Both the position numbers and the translations under genes were made by a program. Of a stretch of 64,000 bases of DNA, positions 11,918 through 21,520 are shown one piece after another. Position 1 is the stretch's first letter. The number at the start of each line of letters is the position of its first letter. Under the pieces are notes generated by a model. It was not told the origin of the DNA, made no database searches, and saw only the letters and a program-made list of their open reading frames with translations. Source of the stretch: Myxococcota bacterium (lineage in GTDB: Bacteria > Myxococcota_A > UBA9042 > PHBI01 > JAWLBL01); assembly GCA_041687695.1 (NCBI GenBank), contig JAWLBL010000024.1, positions 77,147 through 141,146 on the forward strand, in the 5' to 3' direction.

Positions 11918-13024
11918 ATGTCCCCGAACGGTCCGACGCCCCCGGCGCGCGTCCGCCTCACCAGCGGCACCGTCGCGCGCGCCGCCCTCGTCATCCTCGC
12001 CCTGTGGGCCCTGTTCAACCTGCTGTACGTCGGCCGCGTCGTCCTCTTCGCCACCTTCGTGGCGGTGCTGGTGGCCGCGTTCCTGTCGATCTTCGTCGAT
12101 CCGCTCGAGCGACGCTTCGGCCTCCCCCGCGCCGCCGGCGCCGCCCTGACCCTCATCGTCATCGGAGGCCTGCTCGCTGGCCTCGCCGTCCTGGCCTGGC
12201 CCACGCTGAGCGAGCAGCTCCGCCTCATCCGCTTGCAGCTGCCGGCCTTCCTCGCCAAGACCGAGGCCGCCATCGCCAGCGTCGTCGAGGACGTCGCCGG
12301 CCGCCTCGGCAACGGCGACATGACCCTCGAGGACGTCGGCCACGAGCTGGGTGAGCGCGTCCCTCAGGTGGTCGGACGCGCCATCCCCATCGTCGGCACG
12401 GTCGCCGGCGCGGTCGGCGGCGCCGTGCTCGTCCTCTTCGTCGGCGTCTTCATGACCATCGAGCGGCGCACCCTGGCCGCCGGCCTCGTGGCCCTCGTCC
12501 CGCCCGACGGCCGCGCCCGCGTCGCCGGCGCCCTCGTCGACGCCGCGGCCACCCTGCGTCGCTGGATCCTCGGCACCAGCATCAGCATGCTCAGCGTCGG
12601 CGTCATGAGCTACGTCGGCCTGTGGCTGCTCGACGTGCCTGCGGCGCTCGCCCTCGGCCTCATCGCGGGCGTGCTGACCTTCGTCCCCATCTTCGGGCCG
12701 CTGCTGTCGGCCGTCCCGGCCATCGCCATCGCGCTCATCATGTCTCCGGCCGACGCGGTGTGGGTCGTGCTGCTGTACATCGGCATCCAGCAGATCGAGG
12801 GCAACCTGATTACGCCCCTGGTGATGAAGGGGATCGTCGACATCCCGGCCACCCTGAGCGTCCTGTGGCAGTCGCTGATGGCCCTGGCCTTCGGCTTCCT
12901 GGGGCTGTTCGTGGCGGTGCCACTGCTGGCCGTGACGATGGTCCTGGTCCGGCGCCTGTACGTCGCCCCGATGGACGAGGCCGAAGCGACCGCGCAGGCG
13001 CCGCGGGCACCCGCTGGCGCCTGA
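11918..13024 (+). CDS. AI-2E family (PerM/UPF0118) transporter
   Basis: Multi-TM; FVPIFGP, IQQIEGNLITPLVM, FGFLGLFVAVPL. Confidence 0.9.
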   Translation: MSPNGPTPPARVRLTSGTVARAALVILALWALFNLLYVGRVVLFATFVAVLVAAFLSIFVDPLERRFGLPRAAGAALTLIVIGGLLAGLAVLAWPTLSEQLRLIRLQLPAFLAKTEAAIASVVEDVAGRLGNGDMTLEDVGHELGERVPQVVGRAIPIVGTVAGAVGGAVLVLFVGVFMTIERRTLAAGLVALVPPDGRARVAGALVDAAATLRRWILGTSISMLSVGVMSYVGLWLLDVPAALALGLIAGVLTFVPIFGPLLSAVPAIAIALIMSPADAVWVVLLYIGIQQIEGNLITPLVMKGIVDIPATLSVLWQSLMALAFGFLGLFVAVPLLAVTMVLVRRLYVAPMDEAEATAQAPRAPAGA

Positions 13025-13033
13025 GCCCCGAGC

Positions 13034-14032
13034 CTACGCGCGGCGCGCCCACCAGCTCGCGGCGAGGCCCGCCAGCCCGACGGCGAGCACGGCGCCACGG
13101 CGTCGTCGAGCGGGGTGAACCTTGACGACGGGCCCCTCCCAGGTCAGCCCGCGGGCGCCTCCGTCGAACTCGACCGGCCGATACAGGTTGTCGTCCCGGT
13201 CGCGGGTCAGCGGCAGCTCCGATCGCTGGGCCGACATCGCCAGGCGACCCAGCAGGCGGTCCGTCAGGCGCGGCGACAGGGTCTGCGCCAGCTGCAGCAT
13301 CCGGCCGATGCCGCCGGCGACCACCTCGCGGGTCGGCGTGACGGCGCAGCGCAGGATGAGGTCGGCCACGATCTCGGGGGCGTACACCGGCGGCAGCGGC
13401 CGCGGCTCGACGCCCAGGTAGCTGCGCGCCTTCTGGAACAGCGGCGTGTGGACGCTGGCCGGCTTGACCAGGCTCACTGCGATGGCGCGGCCGTCGGCCT
13501 CGAGCTCGACCCGCAGCGCGTCGGTGAAGGCCTCGAGCGCGTGCTTGGCCGACGCGTAGATGCCCTGCAGCGGCAGCGGCCGGTCGGCGACCGCGCTGGC
13601 GACGTTGACCAGCGCCCCGCCGCGGCGCCCGAACAGGCGCACGGCGGTCCGCGACCCGTGCACCGCCCCCCAGAAGTCCACGTCGAACAGCCGCCGCATG
13701 TCCTCGACCGGCAGCGCCATCAGCGGCCCGAACATCGAGACCGCCGCGTTGTTCACCCAGGTGTCGACCCGCCCGAAGGCGCTCAGGGCCGCGTCGCCGA
13801 TGGCCTCGACCTGCGCGCGGTCGGCGACGTCGGCGACCACGTAGGTCGCGCGCCCGCCGGCGTCGCGGATGTCCGCGGTCGCCCGCTCGAGGTCCTCGGC
13901 GTTGCGCGCGGCCAGGACGACCGCAGCGCCGCAGCGCGCCGCCTGGGTGGCGGTCACCAGGCCGATGCCGCTCGAGGCGCCGGTCACGACGACGACCTGA
14001 TCGCGCAGATTCCTGAGGCGAATCGCGGCCAT
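13034..14032 (-). CDS. SDR family oxidoreductase
   Basis: VVVVTGASSGIG, VNNAA and YASAK catalytic motif. Confidence 0.92.
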   Translation of the reverse strand: MAAIRLRNLRDQVVVVTGASSGIGLVTATQAARCGAAVVLAARNAEDLERATADIRDAGGRATYVVADVADRAQVEAIGDAALSAFGRVDTWVNNAAVSMFGPLMALPVEDMRRLFDVDFWGAVHGSRTAVRLFGRRGGALVNVASAVADRPLPLQGIYASAKHALEAFTDALRVELEADGRAIAVSLVKPASVHTPLFQKARSYLGVEPRPLPPVYAPEIVADLILRCAVTPTREVVAGGIGRMLQLAQTLSPRLTDRLLGRLAMSAQRSELPLTRDRDDNLYRPVEFDGGARGLTWEGPVVKVHPARRRRGAVLAVGLAGLAASWWARRA

Positions 14033-14097
14033 AGGGGCCCTCCTGGGATGCGTTGGACGTCTCGACACCGTGGTCACGGCGGCGGGCGCGGGCAAAC

Positions 14098-15675
14098 TCA
14101 GGGCTGGAAGGCGTAGATCTGGAAGCCGGCGACGTCGGCCTCGTGGCGCACGGCCGGGTAGGGGCCACGGCGCGTGAACAGCCGGTGCAGCTCGGCGTAA
14201 CCGGGGCGCGGGCTGAGGTAGTAGCCGTCGAGCACCAGGTGGGTGGCGCCGAAGCGGCGGGCGGCCGCGAGGACGGCGTCGGGGCCGTCGCTGGGCACGC
14301 TGAGGGCGGGGCGGCCGGTGGCGTACCACAGGCGCCAGGGACGGGTGCTCATCGTGACGGCCTGGGGGGCCTCGTGGGTCACCCAGGCGGTCAGGGCGTC
14401 GTAGCGGGCGCGCTCGTGGGCGGCCTCGGCGGTGAGGCGGGCGCGCTGGGCGGGGGCGCCGTGGAAGGCGTAGGCCAGGGGCGTCGCGGCGAAGGCGAGC
14501 GCCAGGGCGAGCAGGGCGACCGGGCGCAGGCGGTGGGTGGCCAAGCGGGCGCGGGCGGCGTCGAGGGCGGCGCTCAGGCCGAGGGCGGCGCAGGCGAGGG
14601 CGAAGGGGACCAGGGCCATGTAGCTCTTGAAGAAGCCGCCGACGATGGCGGTGGCCGTGCCGTGGAAGAGCACCAGGGCCAGGGCGAAGAGGTGGAAGAC
14701 GCGGTGGCTCGGGTGACGGCGCCAGGCGAGGGCGGCGCCCGCGACTGCGAAGGGGGCGAGCAGCAGGGAGGAGCGCTCGAGCAGGAGCGTGAGGGCGGCG
14801 CGGAGGCCGGCGTCGAAGCCGGCGAGGACGGCGGCGGGGCCGCGGGCGAGCCACTCGGCGGGCGTGGGCTGGGCGGAGAGGGCGTAGATCTGGTCGTAGG
14901 AGGTGATCCAGACGGCCTGTGACGAGCCGGGGGGGAGCGGCGTGCCGAAGGCGGCGAGGTTTCGGACCATCAGCGGGCCCATGACCACGAGATAGCCGCC
15001 GAGCAGCAGCGGCCAGGCGCGCCGGGCGGGCAGGGCGAGGGCCTTGGTGCGCTGGAGGTGGGCGAGCCACAGGGCGAGGACCAGCAGGGTGAGGACGCCG
15101 TCACCGCGGGTCAGGTGGGCGAGGCCGGCGAGGAGGCCGGCGGCGAGGACGGTGGGGGCGCGGGCGGCGGAGAAGCGGGCGCCGGCGAGGAGGGCGCCGG
15201 TGACGAACACGGCGTAGAAGAGGGTCGAGTCGGGGTCGACGGCGTGGTGGGTGGGCCACTCGGCGAAGACGGAGGTCGCGCCGGCGGCGAAGCCGACCCA
15301 GGCGCGGCCGGAGAGGCGCTCGGCGAGCAGAAAGGTCAGCCAGGCGAACAGGCCCGCGAACAGGACGGTCGGGAGCGTCTCGGGGCCGGGGCCGGGGCCG
15401 AGGAGGGCGACCGAGGCGGCGACCAGCAGGGAAGCGCCGGGCATCCAGTAGTCGTGGGAGGGGTGGGTGAGGGCGTCCGGTTGGCCGAGGAAGTGCCAGA
15501 CGATGTCCTCGGTCCACAGGCCGGGGCCCAGGGCGCCGCGCAGGCCCATGGCGCGGTAGTAGGCGCTGTCGTTGCCCAGCGGGAAGTCGATCTCGGCGCC
15601 GAACCACAGGCGGTAGACGATGGCGCCGAGGACGAGGAGGCCGAGCCCGATGGCGCGGGCGGTGCGGACCGTCAA
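14098..15675 (-). CDS. GT-C fold (ArnT/PMT-like) integral membrane glycosyltransferase
   Basis: NDSAYY acidic loop after TM1, many TMs, GLAHLTRGDG, soluble C-terminal domain. TTG start overlaps the kinase TGA. Confidence 0.7.
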   Translation of the reverse strand: MTVRTARAIGLGLLVLGAIVYRLWFGAEIDFPLGNDSAYYRAMGLRGALGPGLWTEDIVWHFLGQPDALTHPSHDYWMPGASLLVAASVALLGPGPGPETLPTVLFAGLFAWLTFLLAERLSGRAWVGFAAGATSVFAEWPTHHAVDPDSTLFYAVFVTGALLAGARFSAARAPTVLAAGLLAGLAHLTRGDGVLTLLVLALWLAHLQRTKALALPARRAWPLLLGGYLVVMGPLMVRNLAAFGTPLPPGSSQAVWITSYDQIYALSAQPTPAEWLARGPAAVLAGFDAGLRAALTLLLERSSLLLAPFAVAGAALAWRRHPSHRVFHLFALALVLFHGTATAIVGGFFKSYMALVPFALACAALGLSAALDAARARLATHRLRPVALLALALAFAATPLAYAFHGAPAQRARLTAEAAHERARYDALTAWVTHEAPQAVTMSTRPWRLWYATGRPALSVPSDGPDAVLAAARRFGATHLVLDGYYLSPRPGYAELHRLFTRRGPYPAVRHEADVAGFQIYAFQP

Positions 15676-17012
15676 AGGTAACCCAGCGCGAACAGGGCGG
15701 CGGCGGTGGCGGCGCCCAGGACGCCGAGGCCGGCGAGGATCCATGGCAGGAGCTGGCGCTCGGGGGCCTCGCGGCGGAAGGCGAGGCGGGTGGCGGCCGG
15801 GACGACGGGGCGCTCGCCCGGGACCGGCAGCCGGACCGGCGCCTCGAAGGGGTCGAAGTCCTCGGCGGGCGCGGGCGCAGGGGCGGCCCCGGTCGGGCGG
15901 GGCGGCTGCGTCGGCGCGGGCGTGGCGTGGGCGGGTTCGGCGGCGCGCGGCGCGACGAGGCCGCCGAAGGGAGACTGGGCGCCGGTCCCCAGCATGGCGG
16001 CGAGCTCGGCGATCTCGTTGACGTCGATGGACAAGGTCTCGGTCAGATCGTCTTCCTCGACGCCCTCGCCGTGCTCGAGATAACGCTCGATATCGGCCAG
16101 CAGGGCGCCGGCGGTCCCCTGGCGGTGCTTGGGGTTGCGGCGCAGGGCCTTGGCGACGATGGACCACAGCTCGGGCGTGATGGTGTCGATGACCGGGAGA
16201 TCGTCGTCGTCCTGCTCGAGGCGCCACTCCATGTAGCGCAGCATCTGGCGCGTCGCCTCGCGGTCGTCGCCGTCGATGCGCGCCGGGAACGGCTTACGCC
16301 CGCTGAGCATCTGGTAGAAGATGACCCCGAGCGCGTACACGTCGGCCGTCGTGTCGGTGCGCTCCATCAGCGGGTCCGACAGGCTGGGGTCGCTGATCTG
16401 CTCGGGCGCCATGTACTCGGGCGTCCCCGCGACCATCCCCTCCTCGAGGTTGTCGGCGAAGTCCTGCCCGGCCAGGATGTCCTGCTCCTCGAACAGCTTG
16501 AGCAGGCCCTGCGCGTCCTTGACCAGGCCGAAGTCCATCAGCTTCACGCGCTTGCCCACGTTGGTGAGCATGATGTTGTCGGGCTTGATGTCGCGGTGGG
16601 CGAGCCCCAGCTGGTGCAGGCCCTGGAAGGACTCGCACAGCTGCACCATCAGCCCGCAGGCGGGGCGCTCGTCCAGGCGAAACCCCGGCTTGAGGACGCT
16701 GCGCAGGGTGAAGCCGTCGACCAGCTCCATCGCCATGAAGGGCGCCCCGTCCGGCGCCTGGCCCTGCCCGCGGAAGCCCACCACGTGCGGGTTGGGCGGC
16801 AGCTCCCGGCAGACCTTGATCTCGCGGTAGAAGCGCCGCTCGGCCTGCTCGTCGCGGCGCGTCAGGATCTTGATCGCCACCGGCTGCCCGTCGGGGCCCG
16901 CGCCGTCGTATACGCGCGCGAACATGCCGCGACCGATGAGCTGGTGCGTCCGAAAGCCGCCCTCCAGCGTCCGCCCCGCGTACGGATCGTGCTCGGCCGT
17001 GCCCGCTGCCAT
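15672..17012 (-). CDS. Hanks-type Ser/Thr protein kinase with C-terminal TM
   Basis: IGRGMFARVY, VAIK, HRDIKPDN, DFG, GTPEYMAPE, DVYALG. Confidence 0.93.
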   Translation of the reverse strand: MAAGTAEHDPYAGRTLEGGFRTHQLIGRGMFARVYDGAGPDGQPVAIKILTRRDEQAERRFYREIKVCRELPPNPHVVGFRGQGQAPDGAPFMAMELVDGFTLRSVLKPGFRLDERPACGLMVQLCESFQGLHQLGLAHRDIKPDNIMLTNVGKRVKLMDFGLVKDAQGLLKLFEEQDILAGQDFADNLEEGMVAGTPEYMAPEQISDPSLSDPLMERTDTTADVYALGVIFYQMLSGRKPFPARIDGDDREATRQMLRYMEWRLEQDDDDLPVIDTITPELWSIVAKALRRNPKHRQGTAGALLADIERYLEHGEGVEEDDLTETLSIDVNEIAELAAMLGTGAQSPFGGLVAPRAAEPAHATPAPTQPPRPTGAAPAPAPAEDFDPFEAPVRLPVPGERPVVPAATRLAFRREAPERQLLPWILAGLGVLGAATAAALFALGYL

Positions 17013-17251
17013 GACTCCCCCACCGTGCGTGAGGGGCCATGATAGAGCGGTCGCGCGCGCCCGGCTACCGCCGCCGCGCCGATTTGCCGTGACCCGGCCG
17101 CGGCGGGCGGGCAGGTCGGGGCTGTAACCCGGCCGGGTTGCGGTGGGGCGCGTCCGAGACCACTGTGGCCCCCACGCGGACAGCGATGAGCGGCGTGGGC
17201 GTTCGGGTGGGCGGCGGCGAGGCCGCGCCGGCCGTGCGCGCCGGCGTCGTG

Positions 17252-20200
17252 TTACTGGTCGACGGCCGAGCCGGCCGGCGGCCGGGTGGCGATGCGGGGC
17301 AGGGCCCAGGGCTCGCCGGTGCCGTCGCACAGCGGGCAGCGGTGACGGCCCGAGCCGCTGCACCCGTCGCAGGTGATGGAGCCGCTGGCGCACTCGCACG
17401 GCGTCGCGATGGTCCCGCGGCCGCGGCACGTCTTGCAGGGGCGGCTGTCGATGGCGCGCGTGGTGTCGAAGGCGTTGCAGCTGGCCTCCGGGCACGGCAC
17501 GCGCACGACGGCCTGCCCCTCGCACGCCTCGCAGCTCTGCTCGCCGTCGCCCTCGCAGGCGGGGCAGCGCAGCGAGCCGCGCCCGACGCACAGGCGGCAC
17601 GACAGGCTCTCGAGGCGCCGGAGCGCGGCGGCGGCGGCGGCGCGGACACCGAAGTGCTGCGTCCGCTGGCCAGAGGCCAGGCCGTCGAGCCACCCGGCGA
17701 GCGATCGCACGCGGAGGAACGGGACCAGCTCGAGGCGGTGCGACAGCGCGTCCTCGCCGAGGGAGGCGAACATGCCCTCGAGGGCGGCGACGGCCTCTCG
17801 ATCCTCGAGGGCGCCCGTGGGCGCGAGGCGCAGCCAGGGCTCGAGGCCGGCCAGCGTGCCGTGGTGGGCCAGGGCGAGGGCGGCGCGGACGGCGGTCGTC
17901 GAGGGCAGCAGGCCGTGGTGGTCGAGGGCCTCGCGCGCGGGCTGTCCTACGCGGTACTCGGGGTCGAGGGCGAGGCGCAGCAGGAGGTCCTGGGCGACCT
18001 GCAGGTCGCCGCGCCAGCGCCGCAGGGCGTCGGCGGCGGCCTGGCGGCACTCCCACCAGGGCTCGTCCATCAGCCGGCGCACGACCGGCAGCGCCGGGTC
18101 GCCGATGGCCGCGAGGGCCTTGGGGATGGGGCGGCGGTCCTCGCGGAACGGGTTGGCCAGGCCCTGACACAGGGCCTCGGCGGCCGCGGTGGTGCCGACC
18201 TTGACCAGGGCCTCGATGGCGCAGCGTCGGACGTCGTCGTCCTCGTCGCACATGAACGTGGCGAGCACCTCGACGGCGGCGTCGTCGCCGGGGCGGCCGA
18301 GCGCCTGGCAGACGGCCTCGCGGGCGCGCCAGCCGAAGGGGGCCAGCTCGCCGGAGTCGAGGGCGGCGCGCAGGGCCTCGGGCGGCAGGGCCCTCAGGCC
18401 GCGCGCGAGGTGCGACCGGTGCGGGACGGCCTGCCAGGTCAGGTCGAGCACCCGCAAGACCATGGCGATTCCGTTGGGCGCCTCGAGCGCGCCGACGCCG
18501 TCGAGGCGCGTGGCCATGACCAGCGCTGCCAGCTCGGGGCGCGGCAGCCAGCCGGGGAGCTGCTCGAGGACGTCGAGGACCTCGCTGCGGAACACGTGGC
18601 CGCCCAGCTCGAGGGCCTGCTCGAGCGTGGCGACGTCGAGGAGCTCGGGCGTGCGCAGCAGGGCGGCCGTCTGGCGCGAGGCGACCGCCGCCAGCGTGTG
18701 CTCGCGCGGCGTCTGGGGGACCCAGCCGCGGACCTCGAGCGCCTGGAGCGCGGCCACGCGGACGTCCTCGTCCGGGTCGAAGAGCACCTCGAGGAGGATC
18801 TCGGTGCCGATGGGGGACGCGAGGCGCGCCAGCACCTCGCAGGCGGCGCTGCGGCGCTTCCAGGAGCCGGTCGCGAGCGTGTGGCGGACGCCGGGGAGGG
18901 CGGCGAGGCCCAGCTCGCGCGCCCGCTGCACGGCCTCCTCGAGGTGCTCGACCGGTCGGAACAGGATGCCGTAGCCGGCCGCCTCCTCGGCCGCGGGCGT
19001 CGGGCAGCCGAAGACCTGCAGCGCGCCGGCGGCGGCGAGCCGGACCTCCTCGTGCGGGTCGGACAGGCTGCGGCTGCGCAGGGCGAAGACCGCCTCGCGC
19101 GTGCGGGTGCGGGCCAGGGCGCGCGCCGCGGCCGCGCGGGCCACCGGGTAGTAGCGCGTGCCGAGGGCCTCGAGCAGGTAGGGGACGCGGTGCTCCCCCG
19201 CGAGCTCGCAGAAGTCGTCGAGGGCCTGGTCGTCGGCCCACTTCAGCCGCCGCCGGTAGACCTCGGCGAGCGCCTCGTACTGGTCGCGGGCGCCCAGGGC
19301 GCGCAGCGTGGCGGCGACGGACCCCTCGAGGGCGCGATAGCGGCGGGCCACGTCGACCAGGGCCGGGGCGTCCGCCACGTCGCCGATGAGGGCGAGGGCC
19401 TCGATGCAGGCGCGGCGCAGCGCCATGTCGGGCACCTCGATGGCCGCGAGCAGCGCGACGCGCGCGGGGGCCTGCTCGTGGCTCGACAGCTTGGCCGACA
19501 GCCCCACGATGGTGTCGGAGTCGCCCTCCCACAGGGCCGCGCGCAGGCGGTCCAGGGTCGAGCGCGCGAGGCTCGAGGCCGGCAGGGTGACGACCTCGGC
19601 GCCCGGCGGATCGGGGATGGCGCGGGCGGCCGTGTCGCCCTGCTGGCGGCCGGACAGGAGCTTGCCGACGGCGCGGCGGACGTCGGCGTCGCGGTGGCCG
19701 AGCAGCTCGACGAGCCCCAGCCGCGCCGCGCCGTGCAGGCGTACGCGCCGTTCGCCGGCGGCGGGCGTGGCCAGCTGGCGGAAGGCCTCGGCCAGGATGG
19801 CCGGATGGCGATCCTCGCGCCAGCGCGCGCTCAGCGACAGGCCGAAGCCGGGCGCGCGCTGCAGCAGCGCGAGGCGGACGGCCGCCGGCCAGGTGGTCCA
19901 GTGCGCGACCAGGTGCTCGAACAGCGGCTCGCGCTGGCTCGGGCCGGCCGCCTCGAGGAAGCGGTCCACGCGCGCCGCCGCGACGGCCGGCTCCGGGTTG
20001 CCGCGCAGCGCGGCGTCGACCAGCTGCCGGGCGGCGCTGGAGCCGCCGTGCAGGGCCAGCACGGCCGCGCGCTCGCACAGGGACGTCCAGGCGCGCCGCT
20101 CGAAGACGGCGTGCAGCCCCTGGTGGGCCAGCCAGCGGTAGCCGTCGTCCTCGAGCCCCTCGCCGGCGCCCTTGACCAGCCCCAACGCGACGGCGTCGGG

Positions 20201-20794
20201 GCAGCCCTCGCCCATCAGCTTGCGGGCGAGGCGCGCGGCGGCCGGGCACCCGGCTCGCATCGCCCGCCCGATGGCCAGCCCGGCGAGGCCCGCCAGGTGC
20301 GGGTCGCCGATGGCCTCGATCTGCTGCGGCTCGACCACCGACAGGGGCAACAGCGCGGTCAGCGCCAGCGTCGTCCCGGCCGCGAAGCCGACCGTGTCGG
20401 GCGCCCAGGTCAGATCGTGCCAGAGCCGCTCGAGCGACCTGAAGTCGCGGATCTGCCCCTCGATGGCCTCGCCCAGCAGCTCGGCCGCGATGCCCAGGTC
20501 CTCGACGTGGGCGGCGAGATCCGCGTCCAGGTCCTGCGGCTCGGGCAGGGCCCCGCGCGACGCGTCGACGCCGGCCACCGCGAGCACCAGAGTGCGCGCC
20601 GCGGGCGACAGCGGCGCGAGGAGCCGCCGCTCGGCCTCGATGGCCTCGGCGTGGTCGGCGGCCGACATGGGGCCGGCGCCGGTCCTCGCGGCCTGCTCGA
20701 GCAGCCACCCGAGGAGCTGCTCGGCCGCCTTCACACCGGCGCGCAGCTCGCGTGGAGCCGACGGCACCGAGCGATAGCGGCGCGCGCGTTGCAT
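17252..20794 (-). CDS. Large HEAT-repeat protein with C-terminal DnaJ-type CxxCxGxG zinc finger
   Basis: Repeated DxDxDVRxAAxxAL units and a C-terminal cluster of CxxCxGxG. Start 20794 or 20818. Confidence 0.85.
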   Translation of the reverse strand: MQRARRYRSVPSAPRELRAGVKAAEQLLGWLLEQAARTGAGPMSAADHAEAIEAERRLLAPLSPAARTLVLAVAGVDASRGALPEPQDLDADLAAHVEDLGIAAELLGEAIEGQIRDFRSLERLWHDLTWAPDTVGFAAGTTLALTALLPLSVVEPQQIEAIGDPHLAGLAGLAIGRAMRAGCPAAARLARKLMGEGCPDAVALGLVKGAGEGLEDDGYRWLAHQGLHAVFERRAWTSLCERAAVLALHGGSSAARQLVDAALRGNPEPAVAAARVDRFLEAAGPSQREPLFEHLVAHWTTWPAAVRLALLQRAPGFGLSLSARWREDRHPAILAEAFRQLATPAAGERRVRLHGAARLGLVELLGHRDADVRRAVGKLLSGRQQGDTAARAIPDPPGAEVVTLPASSLARSTLDRLRAALWEGDSDTIVGLSAKLSSHEQAPARVALLAAIEVPDMALRRACIEALALIGDVADAPALVDVARRYRALEGSVAATLRALGARDQYEALAEVYRRRLKWADDQALDDFCELAGEHRVPYLLEALGTRYYPVARAAAARALARTRTREAVFALRSRSLSDPHEEVRLAAAGALQVFGCPTPAAEEAAGYGILFRPVEHLEEAVQRARELGLAALPGVRHTLATGSWKRRSAACEVLARLASPIGTEILLEVLFDPDEDVRVAALQALEVRGWVPQTPREHTLAAVASRQTAALLRTPELLDVATLEQALELGGHVFRSEVLDVLEQLPGWLPRPELAALVMATRLDGVGALEAPNGIAMVLRVLDLTWQAVPHRSHLARGLRALPPEALRAALDSGELAPFGWRAREAVCQALGRPGDDAAVEVLATFMCDEDDDVRRCAIEALVKVGTTAAAEALCQGLANPFREDRRPIPKALAAIGDPALPVVRRLMDEPWWECRQAAADALRRWRGDLQVAQDLLLRLALDPEYRVGQPAREALDHHGLLPSTTAVRAALALAHHGTLAGLEPWLRLAPTGALEDREAVAALEGMFASLGEDALSHRLELVPFLRVRSLAGWLDGLASGQRTQHFGVRAAAAAALRRLESLSCRLCVGRGSLRCPACEGDGEQSCEACEGQAVVRVPCPEASCNAFDTTRAIDSRPCKTCRGRGTIATPCECASGSITCDGCSGSGRHRCPLCDGTGEPWALPRIATRPPAGSAVDQ

Positions 20795-20864
20795 GGTTCC
20801 AGTGACCACGGATGTCACCTGCCGTCAAGCTCGGTGTGGTCGCCCGGCCGCGGACCCGAAGGGG

Positions 20865-21410
20865 TCAGGACCCGCTGGCCTCGGCCGCCGCCTCGGCCCC
20901 CGACTCGGCCGCAGCCGGCTCGGCGGAGGCGTCCTCGGTGGCGCCGGGGGCGGGCTCGCCGCGCACGAGGCGCGAGGCGATCACCGGCTCGTCGAAGCGG
21001 ACGCCGTTGAGGCGCACGCAGAGGAGGATGTCGTTGCGCTCGTGGCGCTTGAGCAGATCGTCGATGATGGCGTGGGCCTTGTCGTCCTCGATGCGCTCGA
21101 TGGCCTCGACGTCCTCGTTGATGGTCTGGACGTGGGCCACCATCTCCCGATAGAGCTGCGCGTGCTTCTCGTTCCAGTGGACGATGATGAGATTCGCGAA
21201 CAGCTCGTGCCCCGGATCGGCGAAGATCTCCTTGTCGGCGATCTTCTTGATGCGCCCGCGCCCGATCTGCTCGGGCTTGTAGCCCTTGAAGTAGCGGAAG
21301 TGGAACGCCTTGTCGGCCTTGGCGAACTCGTAGGCGAGCCGCTTCGGGTTGACGTGACGCAGGATGTCATCGAATCGGTCGGCGACCGAGCGGAGAGCTT
21401 GGATCGGCAT
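20865..21410 (-). CDS. Hypothetical soluble protein
   Basis: Balanced amino-acid composition, strong GC3 bias, GGAG RBS. Confidence 0.8.
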   Translation of the reverse strand: MPIQALRSVADRFDDILRHVNPKRLAYEFAKADKAFHFRYFKGYKPEQIGRGRIKKIADKEIFADPGHELFANLIIVHWNEKHAQLYREMVAHVQTINEDVEAIERIEDDKAHAIIDDLLKRHERNDILLCVRLNGVRFDEPVIASRLVRGEPAPGATEDASAEPAAAESGAEAAAEASGS

Positions 21411-21520
21411 GGTGGCTCCGTAACAGGGGGGCCTCTGCGGTCATTCCGACCGACGGCCCCGGGGCCGGGGCGACGCCGCGCGGCAGCGCGCTGCAGAGGG
21501 GAGGGGGGAGGGCGCCGGCC

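Noticed and set aside
15672..20828. 1718-aa giant kinase
   Set aside because: Sequence upstream of ATG 17012 is an Arg-rich shadow of the HEAT gene frame.
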